Source: an uncultured Gammaproteobacteria bacterium (GTDB lineage Bacteria > Patescibacteriota > Patescibacteriia > CAZGFX01). From it: a stretch of 64,000 nucleotides of DNA. Below the pieces are notes generated by a model. The model was not told the origin of the DNA. It saw only the letters and a list, made by a program, of their open reading frames with translations, and did no database searches. The translations under genes were made by a program, and so were the position numbers. The stretch's first letter is position 1. Each line of letters starts with the position of its first letter. Shown here one piece after another: positions 10,032 through 20,154 of this stretch. The stretch spans positions 227,428 to 291,427 of the forward strand of contig CAZGFX010000002.1 of NCBI GenBank assembly GCA_964524845.1. Reading direction: 5' to 3'.

Positions 10032-11849
10032 TTATCTCATGATCGAAAAATCACTAAATCCATCTTTGAAATACTCGACCCAGAGTTTCTGCTTTTCAAA
10101 AGACTCACTCTTAAATACTTCCAGTTTTCCTACTTTTACGAGAGATTCTATAAATTTACGATATTGTTCCGGTGTTAAGCCAAATTGATTTGTTTCAATA
10201 GGAGTTGTCGGGAGAGGTTGTGTAGGAATTGGTTGTGGTAGAATAGGTGCCTGGATTTTTTGAGGATCTGTAGGAATAACAGGTGTTTGCCCAAGCAAGT
10301 TAAGAGTCTTGGGATCAATCAGGTTTTTTTCCGGAATAGGAAGCGAGTTGAGTGTTTTTAAACCATCGTTCATTTGATTGATAATTGTTGTTTTTTGATC
10401 TTCTGACAATGGAATCTGTTTAAGTAAATCTTTTACACCCTGTATTTCTTTTACTCCTATTCCCCTATAAAGATTGATTCTTTCAAGTGAACGAGAAAGA
10501 TCGTCGTCACCATTTTTATCTTTTTGCATTTTATTAATGTCTTTTTCGAGATTTATACGCTTCTGTTCGAGATCATAATATTCTTTTGAATCAGCGTTCT
10601 TTCCTTTTATATCAATGTATTTGCGTTTCAATTGATCCATTTCTCTCATTTTCAACTCTCGTTCGTTTAAGTTCATTGGATTTTTCTGAATAAAATCATC
10701 CTGGACCGAATCAATCGCCGCAACATAATCCTTTGTTTTACTTGAATCAAGCGCGAATATGGCTTTTTCATTTCTCTTCACAAACTCATCTATTTTTTCT
10801 CCTACGAACCCTCGTTGGTTTTGATCAAGTGATAATGCACCGGATATTTTTTCTTTCATTGTTGTTTCATACTGTACCATTAGGCTTTTTGACGTCTCAC
10901 TATCTCCTTTTTGTTCCAAAAGTAGCGCTTCGTCAAACCTGCGTCGAGCAAAATCAAGCTCTTTTTCGAGTTTCTTTTCATCGTCTCCTGTAAGAGAAAT
11001 ATCGAGTTTTTCAACGGCTTTTTTTATTCCATACAAAGCAGAATCAGGAAGAATCTTTTCTTTTTCCTGAAGTCGCTTCATCTCCTTCTCTTTCATTTGT
11101 TGTTCGAACTCGCCATCACGATTTTGATTTTGTTGAAACCAATCTGTTTTTTTAACCTCATCGGATATTTTTTCAATAATGATATTCTGTGATACAATAG
11201 GAAGCTCTTTCGGATCGAAACTAACTTGATTATCTTCCGGAACCGAAACTTTCGCCATTCTTTCGGTAATTTTTAATTTTCTTTTCCCAGTCACAGAATC
11301 TTTCTCTATAATTGTTTTTACCGCTTGCACCTCAACAACGTTGTCCGCAACTTGTACATCTGTTTTTCCTTCCTCATCAACGGAAACATCAAGCGCCGTG
11401 CCTCGCACAGTAGCGACGGCCGTTGGTGTCTGAATTGAGAAATCAGAATCTTTGTCTATTAGACGGAGTACTCGCGACCACACCGTTCCTTTTACAACGC
11501 CTATACCAATACGCTGTTCATAAGAACGATCAGTATTATAAAAAAGTGTATCAAGAGAAATTTCTGTATTCTCATCAAGACGACTCGTGCTATTATCAAA
11601 AAAAGAAAGTACGACGAAAGAATCTGAGCCTGTCTTAATCATGTCTCCTGTATGCACTTCGTCACCGACAAAAAGCTGTTTCCAATCAGTCGAATCAGCC
11701 GATTGAATAAGAACACTGCCTTTTGTTTCCATTATTTCGCTTTTCAAAACAGGCTCTTCATCTGAATACGCAAACGTCGTATATGCATAAGCTCCTCCAC
11801 CTCCTATAACAAAAAGAATTATAAGAAGAGTGATAAGTGTTTTTTTCAT
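10032..11849 (-). CDS. FecR-domain protein with DUF5667-like helical region and Pro-rich tail
   Basis: GDMIKTGSDS, TPTAVATVRGT (FecR); LPDSALYGIKKAVEKL (DUF5667-like). Likely start MKKTLI at 11849. Confidence 0.8.
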   Translation of the reverse strand: MKKTLITLLIILFVIGGGGAYAYTTFAYSDEEPVLKSEIMETKGSVLIQSADSTDWKQLFVGDEVHTGDMIKTGSDSFVVLSFFDNSTSRLDENTEISLDTLFYNTDRSYEQRIGIGVVKGTVWSRVLRLIDKDSDFSIQTPTAVATVRGTALDVSVDEEGKTDVQVADNVVEVQAVKTIIEKDSVTGKRKLKITERMAKVSVPEDNQVSFDPKELPIVSQNIIIEKISDEVKKTDWFQQNQNRDGEFEQQMKEKEMKRLQEKEKILPDSALYGIKKAVEKLDISLTGDDEKKLEKELDFARRRFDEALLLEQKGDSETSKSLMVQYETTMKEKISGALSLDQNQRGFVGEKIDEFVKRNEKAIFALDSSKTKDYVAAIDSVQDDFIQKNPMNLNERELKMREMDQLKRKYIDIKGKNADSKEYYDLEQKRINLEKDINKMQKDKNGDDDLSRSLERINLYRGIGVKEIQGVKDLLKQIPLSEDQKTTIINQMNDGLKTLNSLPIPEKNLIDPKTLNLLGQTPVIPTDPQKIQAPILPQPIPTQPLPTTPIETNQFGLTPEQYRKFIESLVKVGKLEVFKSESFEKQKLWVEYFKDGFSDFSIMR

Positions 11850-11899
11850 AATAAAATATTTTATATGCCCATATATTACACCTATTTTTATAAAAAACA

Positions 11900-11923
11900 A
11901 AAAACCCTCCTAAAAAGGGTTTA
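11900..11923 (-). terminator. Intrinsic terminator after tRNA-Lys
   Basis: AAACCCT-cctaaaa-AGGGTTT hairpin followed by a T-run on the minus strand. Confidence 0.5.
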
Positions 11924-11940
11924 TAAAATAAGAATGGCGT

Positions 11941-12001
11941 GCCAACCGTAGCCGACTTGTACTCCGAAGTCAACAGACGAAGGAGTAAGGGCGAAGGTTG
12001 G
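11941..12001. repeat. Nested palindromic (REP-like) element abutting the tRNA 3' end
   Basis: GCCAACCGTAGC...GCGAAGGTTGG outer arms enclosing ACTCCGAAGTC...GACGAAGGAGT. Confidence 0.55.
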
Positions 12002-12073
12002 TGGGTCCAGTGGGGGTCGAACCCACGACCAATAGCTTAAAAGGCTACTGCTCTACCACTGAGCTATAGACCC
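11999..12073 (-). tRNA. tRNA-Lys(TTT), CCA encoded
   Basis: Reverse complement GGGTCTATAGCTCAGTGGTAGAGCAGTAGCCTTTTAAGCTATTGGTCGTGGGTTCGACCCCCACTGGACCCACCA folds as a cloverleaf with anticodon TTT. Confidence 0.97.
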
Positions 12074-12295
12074 ATGAGTGGTAAATTAGAAAAGACAAAA
12101 CAGATACATATTAGAAGAACTATAAGATCTTGGCAACCCGCCCCGCAGATCGAACGAAAGTGAGATTGTGCGGGGAGCTATAGACCCATGAGTGGTAAAT
12201 TCTAAATGAAACAATACTTAAATTTTCAAAAAACCACAATAGCTCGGTAACCTTGTCCTGAGCTTGTCTCAGGACCGCCCCGCAGATCGAACGAA
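12061..12295. repeat. Local duplications: tRNA 5' end plus leader (12061-12087 = 12175-12201) and CCGCCCCGCAGATCGAACGAAA (about 12138 and 12275)
   Basis: GAGCTATAGACCCATGAGTGGTAAATT occurs twice; a CCCCGCA...TGCGGGG palindrome lies between the copies. Confidence 0.75.
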
Positions 12296-12426
12296 AAACA
12301 AAAAACCTGTTGTATTATATGTGCTTTTTTTGTTTTTAGCAAGACGTTTTTTCATATTGCTTTAAATGTAATTTTTGGAATAAAAAAAGCCATTTTAAAT
12401 TAAAATGGCTAAAAATTTTTATTATA

Positions 12427-13059
12427 CTATACGACCTGTTTTGAACGTTGCAAATATTGCCTTATAGACAATATTAATATCGAGCCGTTTCCAAGTATTC
12501 CATTAATAAATGGATAAGCTAGCTCATAAGCTAAATTTGTGTAATCGCCTTTGAAATCAATAATAATCGAAGCGATTGAAAACACATAAGCTAGAACGGC
12601 CGCTACCCACACAGGAGGGGCTTCTTTTAATCGTCCTGTCCACAAACCTTTTATTGTAGGTATGCTTGCTGCAAACATTATAATCTGTAATACAACATTT
12701 GCTTCTCTTGCCCCAAACAATAACCACAAAATCAGAACTCCTCCAATAAACCACAAAAATTTTCTCTCGTAAGAGTTAAATTTTGCAAACTTCTTTTGTC
12801 TGAATAAATAAATAAACAAAGAAGTTAATAATATCGCAGTGACAACGGCTATTAGAGATTTTCCCCAGTGCACATCTACAATTATTGTATACGTAATTGC
12901 ATTTATTATAAGCCCGACCACCCATATAAACCATGATGTAATACTCGGAATAGATGTCCCACGCCGCGCTTGAAAAAAATACAGTGTATATGTAACAACG
13001 ACCAAACAACTCGCTATAATGCCAAATAAATGACTTAATGTAATGTTTTCAAATAACAT
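12427..13059 (-). CDS. Hypothetical multi-pass membrane protein
   Basis: 210 aa with about 7 hydrophobic segments; AGGAG upstream. Confidence 0.75.
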   Translation of the reverse strand: MLFENITLSHLFGIIASCLVVVTYTLYFFQARRGTSIPSITSWFIWVVGLIINAITYTIIVDVHWGKSLIAVVTAILLTSLFIYLFRQKKFAKFNSYERKFLWFIGGVLILWLLFGAREANVVLQIIMFAASIPTIKGLWTGRLKEAPPVWVAAVLAYVFSIASIIIDFKGDYTNLAYELAYPFINGILGNGSILILSIRQYLQRSKQVV

Positions 13060-13261
13060 TTCACACTCTCCTTTTTATTTTTTGTTTTTTTATTTATCAT
13101 TAAACGATAGCACTTTTTATATAAAAAGTCAAATATATAAAAGATCTTAGAAACAATACACAAAAAGTGTTCATAATATGAGGAACAACGATGTAAAACA
13201 ACTGCTTTCACCCTATACACTTCCTCTGTTTTTTCATACAATACACCCGAAACACATGCCT

Positions 13262-14686
13262 ATGTCAGAACAGCAAAAAACACAAGGGCGTATACCCCCT
13301 CAAAATCTCGAAGCGGAACAATCCGTGCTTGGTGCACTTTTGATTGATAAAGAAGCCATACAAAAAATAGAAGGGTCTTTGAATCCTGAAGATTTTTATA
13401 AGGAGGCGCACGGAATTATATTTGATGTCATGCGTTCGCTTTATGAACACAATGAGCCGATCGACGTCCTCTCTGTAAGTAACAAGCTGGCGGAACGCAA
13501 AATGCTCGACAAAGTCGGAGACACACTTTATCTAAAAGAACTCACCACCATAGTACCTACGAGCAGTCACATCGAAACATATTCGAACATCGTCCAAAAG
13601 AAATCAATGCTCCGTAAACTCCTATCCGCATCATATGGTATTGCAGAGCTAGCTGAAGACAGCGACGATGATGTGGTTCGTCTTCTTGATGAGGCCGAAC
13701 AAAAGATATTTGATATTTCAAAAAAACACCTTCGTCAAAACTTCGTCGATATTAATACTGTTCTTTCTACGGCTTTTGATCGAATTGATGAGTTACACAG
13801 AAACAAGGGCAAGCTCACAGGAATCACTACTGGGTTTGTTGAAATAGATCAAATGCTTGGTGGTTTGAATCGATCTGACCTAATCATCCTTGCCGCACGC
13901 CCATCCGTTGGAAAAACAACCCTAGCACTTGATATGGCTCGTCATGCAGCAATTTTCGGCGGCGCGACTGTCGGAATATTCAGTTTGGAAATGGCAAAAG
14001 AGCAACTCACCGATCGCCTTCTCGCCGCAGAAGCAAATATCGAATTATGGAAAATGCGCACCGGAAATCTCGGCAACGATCCGGACGACAATGATTTCGA
14101 GAAATTGAGTAATGCGCTCGACACGCTTTCAAAGACGAAAATATTTATGGATGATTCCGGAAGTGCGAACGTGATGGAGGTCCGCACAAAGGCGCGCCGC
14201 CTTCAATCAAAATACGGGCTAGACATGTTGATAGTCGACTATCTTCAACTTATGGAAGGAAGAAGCCATAGTGATAATAGATATCTTGAAGTAACCGAAA
14301 TTACACGCGGACTAAAACAAATCGCAAAAGAACTTCACATTCCTGTGTTAGCGCTTTCACAGCTATCCCGTACTGTCGAGCAACGAGGTGGTATTGCGAT
14401 CCCACGTCTTTCAGACCTTCGTGAATCAGGATCAATCGAGCAAGATGCTGATGTTGTTATGTTTATCTACCGCAAAAAAATGGACCGCACTCAAGTGTGT
14501 GCACCAGAAGAAGAGCATACGGCCGAAATTCATATAGCAAAACATCGCAATGGGCCAACAGGAAAAATTGATCTATATTTTGACGATAGAAAAACAACAT
14601 TCAGAAACATAGAAAAATACCGCGCTCACGAAGGAGGTTTTGATGCTTCATATATTCCACCAGCTCCTGGATATTCAGGAAACTAA
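13262..14686 (+). CDS. dnaB: Replicative DNA helicase
   Basis: PPQNLEAEQSVLG, AARPSVGKT, VDYLQLM, DLRESGSIEQDAD, IAKHRNGPTG; likely start MSEQQ at 13262. Confidence 0.98.
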   Translation: MSEQQKTQGRIPPQNLEAEQSVLGALLIDKEAIQKIEGSLNPEDFYKEAHGIIFDVMRSLYEHNEPIDVLSVSNKLAERKMLDKVGDTLYLKELTTIVPTSSHIETYSNIVQKKSMLRKLLSASYGIAELAEDSDDDVVRLLDEAEQKIFDISKKHLRQNFVDINTVLSTAFDRIDELHRNKGKLTGITTGFVEIDQMLGGLNRSDLIILAARPSVGKTTLALDMARHAAIFGGATVGIFSLEMAKEQLTDRLLAAEANIELWKMRTGNLGNDPDDNDFEKLSNALDTLSKTKIFMDDSGSANVMEVRTKARRLQSKYGLDMLIVDYLQLMEGRSHSDNRYLEVTEITRGLKQIAKELHIPVLALSQLSRTVEQRGGIAIPRLSDLRESGSIEQDADVVMFIYRKKMDRTQVCAPEEEHTAEIHIAKHRNGPTGKIDLYFDDRKTTFRNIEKYRAHEGGFDASYIPPAPGYSGN

Positions 14687-14765
14687 ATATATAAGTTGTT
14701 CGCTTACTACTAATAATTGAAAATGGTATACTAATAACGTTTTTATCATTATATAAATATATTTT

Positions 14766-15065
14766 ATGAGCATGTTCAGTAAACTCAAACAAATCAAAGA
14801 TCTCCGCGAAAAAGCAAAAAAAGTACAGGGGCTTTTGAGCGGAGAAGAGGTCACCGCTTCTGCGCGAGGAATTAGTATAACTATGGATGGTATGCAAAAA
14901 ATAACTCGAGTAGAATTATCGGATGATATGCTTGGAGTTGATCACAAAAAAGACCTCGAAAAATCAATCGCGGAAGCATATAACGACGCTGTCAAAAAAT
15001 TACAAACTGTCGTCGCGAAAAAAATGAAAGAAAGTGGCGATTTTAACTTGCCTGGACTAAGTTAA
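14766..15065 (+). CDS. ybaB: Nucleoid-associated protein YbaB/EbfC
   Basis: 99 aa directly upstream of recR, characteristic helix-beta-helix layout. Confidence 0.88.
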   Translation: MSMFSKLKQIKDLREKAKKVQGLLSGEEVTASARGISITMDGMQKITRVELSDDMLGVDHKKDLEKSIAEAYNDAVKKLQTVVAKKMKESGDFNLPGLS

Positions 15066-15067
15066 TA

Positions 15068-15664
15068 ATGGAAACAGCGATACAGCGACTTGTTGAGCAG
15101 TTCGATAAACTTCCCGGAATCGGCCCGAAAAACGCCGAACGTTTGGCGTATTTTTTTCTTACACTTCCGGATGCGGCTCAACAAGAGTTTATAGCTTCTT
15201 TTACAAAAGCCGCCGGAGAAATCACAACGTGTGATGAGTGTAACAATCTCAGTGAGAAAAATCCTTGTCCGATTTGCACAAACCCCAGAAGAGACAAACA
15301 TATACTTTGTATTGTTCCTGAATACAAAGAGTTATACGCAATCGAACGCACAGGAGAATACAAGGGACTTTATCATATTATAGGAGGTGTCATAGCTCCG
15401 CTTCAAGGAATCACCCCGAAAGATCTGGATATTCATAAAATGATCGAAAGAATAAAAAACGATAAGAATATCACCGAAGTGATATTGGCAATCAACCCAA
15501 ATATCGAGGGAGAAACGACAATGATGTATATTACGGCTCTTCTAAAAGATTTACCCGTAAAAATCACACGACTAGCACGAGGAATACCTGTAGGAAGCGA
15601 GATCGAGTACATAGATGAGATGACCCTCGGCGACGCACTCAAAGAAAGAAGAGCGGTAAAATAA
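15068..15664 (+). CDS. recR: Recombination mediator RecR
   Basis: LPGIGPKNAERLA, C4 zinc finger, TOPRIM NPNIEGETT, TRLARGIPVG. Confidence 0.98.
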   Translation: METAIQRLVEQFDKLPGIGPKNAERLAYFFLTLPDAAQQEFIASFTKAAGEITTCDECNNLSEKNPCPICTNPRRDKHILCIVPEYKELYAIERTGEYKGLYHIIGGVIAPLQGITPKDLDIHKMIERIKNDKNITEVILAINPNIEGETTMMYITALLKDLPVKITRLARGIPVGSEIEYIDEMTLGDALKERRAVK

Positions 15665-15698
15665 AAAAACAGGCTATGGTTTCCATAACCTGTTTTTG
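15663..15698. terminator. Bidirectional intrinsic terminator
   Basis: AAAAACAGGCTATGG-tt-TCCATAACCTGTTTTT between convergent genes. Confidence 0.7.
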
Positions 15699-15713
15699 GT
15701 TTCTTCTAAAAGT

Positions 15714-16499
15714 TTACAATTTCCAAGGGTGGAGAATGTTATATTTTTTATTTCTTACAACAACATCTGTGGCGTATAACATGTTTTGCAACAAGTCTTT
15801 GTTTTTTTCTACAATATCTTCTTTCTGATAATATTTTGAAGGTACAATTTTTGAATTATCCGTACGAATTGCGAACCACACACGATTGGTGTCATTAAAA
15901 AACACCTCAACATCGACAGTATCCCCTGACTTATAATGTTTTCGTATACCTGGTACACATAAATCCTGATCACTATGAGGTAAAACCTTAATATTTTTAG
16001 TTTTGTTAACAACTTGATAAAAACCCCATCCGTGATCAACTTTTTGATCAAGCATACTATCGGGATATATGAGTCGCGTCAGAACAACAACGTTTTCTCC
16101 AACAACAATGGAATCGTATTCGTTAATAGTGAGTTTTGATCGCTCAATCGTATTACTGTCTTTTCCATAATACGTTCTGGAATATTCCAGGTTTCCTTCC
16201 CACCAAGACGAGCATCTCTGTATCGATAAAACACCTTCTAAAAACGAATGTCTATTCGATATCACAGATGCCTGAACATCATTGTTTTTGTTTTGCAAAA
16301 ACGAACCGCCAAATAACAGAAAAAAAACGGTGAGAACAATAGTAAAAGAAAGTGAAATAATAATAAACTTCTTTACTAATATTGCTTTTCTTTCATTAAA
16401 TTTACCCCTGATAATGTGCACCGTACAAAATGCCATAGCAAAACAAAGAAATATGGCAATAAGTCCCAGTGCGACAGCAAAAATATCTAACTGATTCAT
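15714..16499 (-). CDS. Hypothetical protein with two N-terminal TM helices (ORFan-like)
   Basis: 261-aa ORF with AGGGGG upstream; no family recognised. Confidence 0.65.
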   Translation of the reverse strand: MNQLDIFAVALGLIAIFLCFAMAFCTVHIIRGKFNERKAILVKKFIIISLSFTIVLTVFFLLFGGSFLQNKNNDVQASVISNRHSFLEGVLSIQRCSSWWEGNLEYSRTYYGKDSNTIERSKLTINEYDSIVVGENVVVLTRLIYPDSMLDQKVDHGWGFYQVVNKTKNIKVLPHSDQDLCVPGIRKHYKSGDTVDVEVFFNDTNRVWFAIRTDNSKIVPSKYYQKEDIVEKNKDLLQNMLYATDVVVRNKKYNILHPWKL

Positions 16500-16607
16500 A
16501 CAAACCCCCTTTTTAAGTTATTTTAAGTTATTTAGGAAATTAAGTTTATTTTTCTTATTAAACCATTGATTATATATGAACAATCAATGGCTTTAAAGCA
16601 AAATAAT

Positions 16608-17486
16608 TTATTTATTTTGTTGTTTTTGTTTCCGCATGTTATGAGCTACGCCCGATAACATTACATACCGCCCAAAACCGCCTGTAACCTCATCAACCAT
16701 GGCAATAAGTATATCGTCACCATCTACAACAACTCGGTCAGTAACCTTCATTGAAAACAAGGCTCCGAGTTGTTGACCATTAAAAACCTGTGTTTTACAC
16801 TTATGATCTTTTGAAAATCCGTAATCCACGAATTTTTCATAAAAATCTTTTTTTAATTTATTGTCTTTCATAAAAGACAACAAGTTATCGATGAATTCTT
16901 CTCCGGTTTTTTTCATCTTTTCATTGATGGTTCCGATACCACACAAAGATGCTACATATGCCGCAACATCGTTAGCGTCTGAAAAAATAATATTTGACCC
17001 GAAATCACCACTCGATCCCGAAAAAGAAACTTTTTCGTGCTCATCAATACATAAATGTCCCCCTACGAAAATGAACGGAACCAGATTTTCTTCCTCGTTC
17101 ATTGTAAATATTGGTAATTTTTTGTTATCAATTACCGGCCAGTTCATTCTTTCGATATGATCCTTAACTATCTCTTTATGATATCCTTTGTCCAGACTAA
17201 TAAGATCAATGGTTGCCATGTCACCGAAAGAATAAAACCGAATTCCAATAACATATTTTTGATCCTCTTTTGCACGATCGCTTTTTTCGATATACGAACG
17301 CACAACAATCATGGCTGTAGTAAATTTGTCGTGAAAAAGATTTCCATTTGGATTGCCATCGATCTCAATCGCAAAATTCAATAAACCAGTTTTTTCATCG
17401 TATGCTTTCATAAATGAATCAATTGGCCACGATGCAATTAAGGATTTGGTTTGTAAAATTTCTTTGTTAAAAATACAATCTCTCAT
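16608..17486 (-). CDS. Hypothetical cytoplasmic protein
   Basis: 292-aa ORF; no family recognised. Confidence 0.7.
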   Translation of the reverse strand: MRDCIFNKEILQTKSLIASWPIDSFMKAYDEKTGLLNFAIEIDGNPNGNLFHDKFTTAMIVVRSYIEKSDRAKEDQKYVIGIRFYSFGDMATIDLISLDKGYHKEIVKDHIERMNWPVIDNKKLPIFTMNEEENLVPFIFVGGHLCIDEHEKVSFSGSSGDFGSNIIFSDANDVAAYVASLCGIGTINEKMKKTGEEFIDNLLSFMKDNKLKKDFYEKFVDYGFSKDHKCKTQVFNGQQLGALFSMKVTDRVVVDGDDILIAMVDEVTGGFGRYVMLSGVAHNMRKQKQQNK

Positions 17487-17552
17487 AAAAAACCTTTCTT
17501 TTTGTTTTGTTTTATTTTTATAAACCGTTTTTTATCATAATACGATACCATG

Positions 17553-17577
17553 AAAAAAGCACTATTGCAATAGTGCT
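17553..17577 (-). terminator. Terminator after livF
   Basis: AGCACTATTGCAATAGTGCT palindrome next to an A-run. Confidence 0.65.
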
Positions 17578-17607
17578 GAAGGCTGGTAATTAAGCCAAAA
17601 AACGTGT

Positions 17608-18327
17608 TTACAACTTTCCAAGGAAAACTCGCTCAAAAATATCTCCGTGCAAAACCTTATCCCCAGGTCCTTCAGTAACAACACGACCCTTGTCTAGAAT
17701 ATATGCCCTATCAACAACAGACAAGAGAGACTTAATATTGTGTTCAACAATCATAATTGCCGTATTGTGTCGTTCGTTTATTTCTTTTATTTTTTCAAAA
17801 ATTTCTTTCACAATCTTCGGAGCAAGACCAAGTGTCGGTTCATCAAGCAAAAGAACTTTCGGATCGCTCATAAGTCCGCGAGCAAGCGCAACCATTTGTT
17901 GTTGTCCTCCCGAAAGCGTTCCTGATGATTGTTTCAGTCTTGATTTTAATATTGGAAACAACTCCATAACTTCTTCAAACTTAATATCCGCGCCTCTTTT
18001 GTCATGAAGTACGAAACCACCTAATTCTATATTTTCTCGAACCGAAAGTGATGGAAAAACCCTTCTCCCCTGCGGTACAAAAGAGATCCCCAAGCGTACC
18101 ATATGATGAGGAATCGGATCAATCTGCTTTTCGTGCCAAAATACTTTTCCTGAATCGATCGGAGCAATTCCAAAAACAGCTTTCAAAATTGTACTTTTCC
18201 CAGCGCCATTAGGACCCATGACAGCAACGATCTCTCCTTCGTCAATAGCAACACTAGCACCATCAAGCGCCTTAACTCCTCCGTAATGTACGGAAATATC
18301 TTTTAGCTGTAATAATGTTTCTTTCAT
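17608..18327 (-). CDS. livF: HAAT ABC transporter ATP-binding protein
   Basis: GPNGAGKST, VPQGRRVF, LSGGQQQM, LLLDEPTLGLAP. Confidence 0.92.
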   Translation of the reverse strand: MKETLLQLKDISVHYGGVKALDGASVAIDEGEIVAVMGPNGAGKSTILKAVFGIAPIDSGKVFWHEKQIDPIPHHMVRLGISFVPQGRRVFPSLSVRENIELGGFVLHDKRGADIKFEEVMELFPILKSRLKQSSGTLSGGQQQMVALARGLMSDPKVLLLDEPTLGLAPKIVKEIFEKIKEINERHNTAIMIVEHNIKSLLSVVDRAYILDKGRVVTEGPGDKVLHGDIFERVFLGKL

Positions 18328-18646
18328 TTACCCTGTGAAATAAAATTTTTTATTATCGTTCGAACTTGTTTATTGTGTCACCACGAATGAATATTATCAT
18401 CATAAGCTTACATTGTCATCCTGAACAATGTCATCCTGAACTAACTTTGTCATCCTGAACTAACTTTGTCATCCTGAACTCGTTTCAGGATCTATGTATC
18501 TGTTTCAGGATCTACCTTGATACATTGTATTTTAGTAAAATTTATTTCTCATATTATCAAAAGTTACACGGTAGATTCTGAAACGAGTTCAGAATGACAG
18601 TGTTGTATAATTCGCAATTTGTAATTCGCAATCCGTAATTCAACAC
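18328..18646. mobile_element. Composite ~320-bp repeat element (copy A): CCCTGTGAAATAA end + TGTCATCCTGAAC REP + CGTAATT tail
   Basis: Collinear with 26043-26343 along its whole length; REP core at 18414-18599. Confidence 0.75.
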
Positions 18647-19378
18647 CTACTCCCCCAAATATGCCTCGATGACACTTCTTTTCTTAAGCACGTCTTCCGC
18701 TTCACCTTCCGCAAGAAGTTGTCCGCTATCCATCACAATAACATGATCCGAAAGTTCTCTGATAATGTCCATATTATGCTCTATCAGAACGACCGTCTTA
18801 CCATGAGAACGCAATTCCTTGATGACAGTAACTATAATTTTTCTCATTTCCGGAAAAAGACCAGCGAATGGTTCGTCGAGAAGATAAATTTCAGCTTGTA
18901 CAGCAAGCGCTCTCGCGATCTCTAGGAGTTTTCTTTGTCCATAAGACAACTCACGTCCCAGCGCTGTTCTTTTTTCCCAAAGACCAACTTTTTTTAAAAG
19001 TTCCTCTGCACGTCCGAGATGAAACTTGCTGTGTGTTTCAAACAAACTATTAAAAACATTTCTGTCCGTAAGCACCACAAGAAGATTATCGAGCACGGTC
19101 ATTTGTTCGAAAAGTCTCACCTCTTGAAACGTGCGTGTTATTCCATATAAAAATGAATCGTGTGGTTTTATCTTCTTTAAACACGCACTGTCAATACAAA
19201 TCGTACCGCCGTCAAACTGAAGCATACCACTCAGTACGTTTGTAAGAGTTGTTTTTCCTGATCCGTTTGGTCCTATGACGCTTGTTACCTTCCCTTGTTC
19301 TATCTCAATCGAAAGGTCATCTACCGCCCGAATTCCATTGAATCGTTTTGTCAGATTTGCTGTTTTAAGGACGTGCAT
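18647..19378 (-). CDS. livG: HAAT ABC transporter ATP-binding protein
   Basis: GPNGSGKTT, RTFQEVRLF, LSYGQRKLLEIARAL, LLDEPFAG, EAYLG end. Confidence 0.92.
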   Translation of the reverse strand: MHVLKTANLTKRFNGIRAVDDLSIEIEQGKVTSVIGPNGSGKTTLTNVLSGMLQFDGGTICIDSACLKKIKPHDSFLYGITRTFQEVRLFEQMTVLDNLLVVLTDRNVFNSLFETHSKFHLGRAEELLKKVGLWEKRTALGRELSYGQRKLLEIARALAVQAEIYLLDEPFAGLFPEMRKIIVTVIKELRSHGKTVVLIEHNMDIIRELSDHVIVMDSGQLLAEGEAEDVLKKRSVIEAYLGE

Positions 19379-19489
19379 ATGAGTATTGTACTGATTTTAG
19401 GAATTAAAAGCAATGTTTTTGGCTTTGTTCTATATGTTTTATACAAAATAAAAAGACACCATGTAAATTAACACGATGTCTTATTAAAC

Positions 19490-19798
19490 TTATTCTAATA
19501 CGATACCCAAATTATTAGAAAAATGTTCGTTAATATAACCACAAATAGCAATCCAATTTCCCTCCACTTGAACGCAGGTTTTTGTGTTTTTTAAAATAGC
19601 TGTGTTGTTTTCCATAAAAAACACACATCCAGAATATCCATTCCCATAATTCTCAACTGTTTCGGTTTTGTCTCCTGCAAAAGCAAAAAACAAGACTTCA
19701 TCCGGATACGTTTTATCACCATCGTCAACAATCTCTGAATGAGGAATTTTTGTTAAACGTTTTTTTAAACCGTCCAATTTGTAATCCAAGAAAGACAT
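19490..19798 (-). CDS. Hypothetical protein (ORFan) with its own promoter
   Basis: 102 aa, AGGAG site, TTGACA-17-TAACTT upstream (about 19858-19886). Confidence 0.6.
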   Translation of the reverse strand: MSFLDYKLDGLKKRLTKIPHSEIVDDGDKTYPDEVLFFAFAGDKTETVENYGNGYSGCVFFMENNTAILKNTKTCVQVEGNWIAICGYINEHFSNNLGIVLE

Positions 19799-19957
19799 AA
19801 AAAACTCCTTTTTTTATTGTGGTTTTAATTATTCATTATATAAACATTTTTCATATCAAGTTACCATACTCAGACACTTTTGTCAATAACCAAAAACCCC
19901 CTGTATAAAACAAGTTTTTCACTAATTTTCCTCGTAATTTCCCCTTCTCGTAATTCG

Positions 19958-20093
19958 TTCACCCTGTGAAATAAGATTCGAAACAGGCTGAGGTTTTGTT
20001 TATAAATTAATCAAAAATAATTGATTAAACATATATAATAGTAAAAATTAATCCGAATCTTAATTTCAGTATGAAATTATTTCACAGGGTAAA
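19958..20093. mobile_element. Non-autonomous MITE-like element with 17-bp terminal inverted repeats
   Basis: TTCACCCTGTGAAATAA (19958) and TTATTTCACAGGGTAAA (20077-20093) around an AT-rich core; same ends as the GIY-YIG element. Confidence 0.75.
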
Positions 20094-20154
20094 TTCGCAA
20101 TCCGTAATTCTTCTCCCTTCTCGTAATTTCCTATCTCGTAATTCTTAATTTATA

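Noticed and set aside
13262-14686. Intein in DnaB
   Set aside because: Normal length and uninterrupted motifs.
20094-20150. CGTAATT short repeats as a sign of a four-helix-bundle gene cassette
   Set aside because: The repeats recur (18610, 19930, 24845, 26286) but no such gene is present; treated as part of the composite repeat elements.
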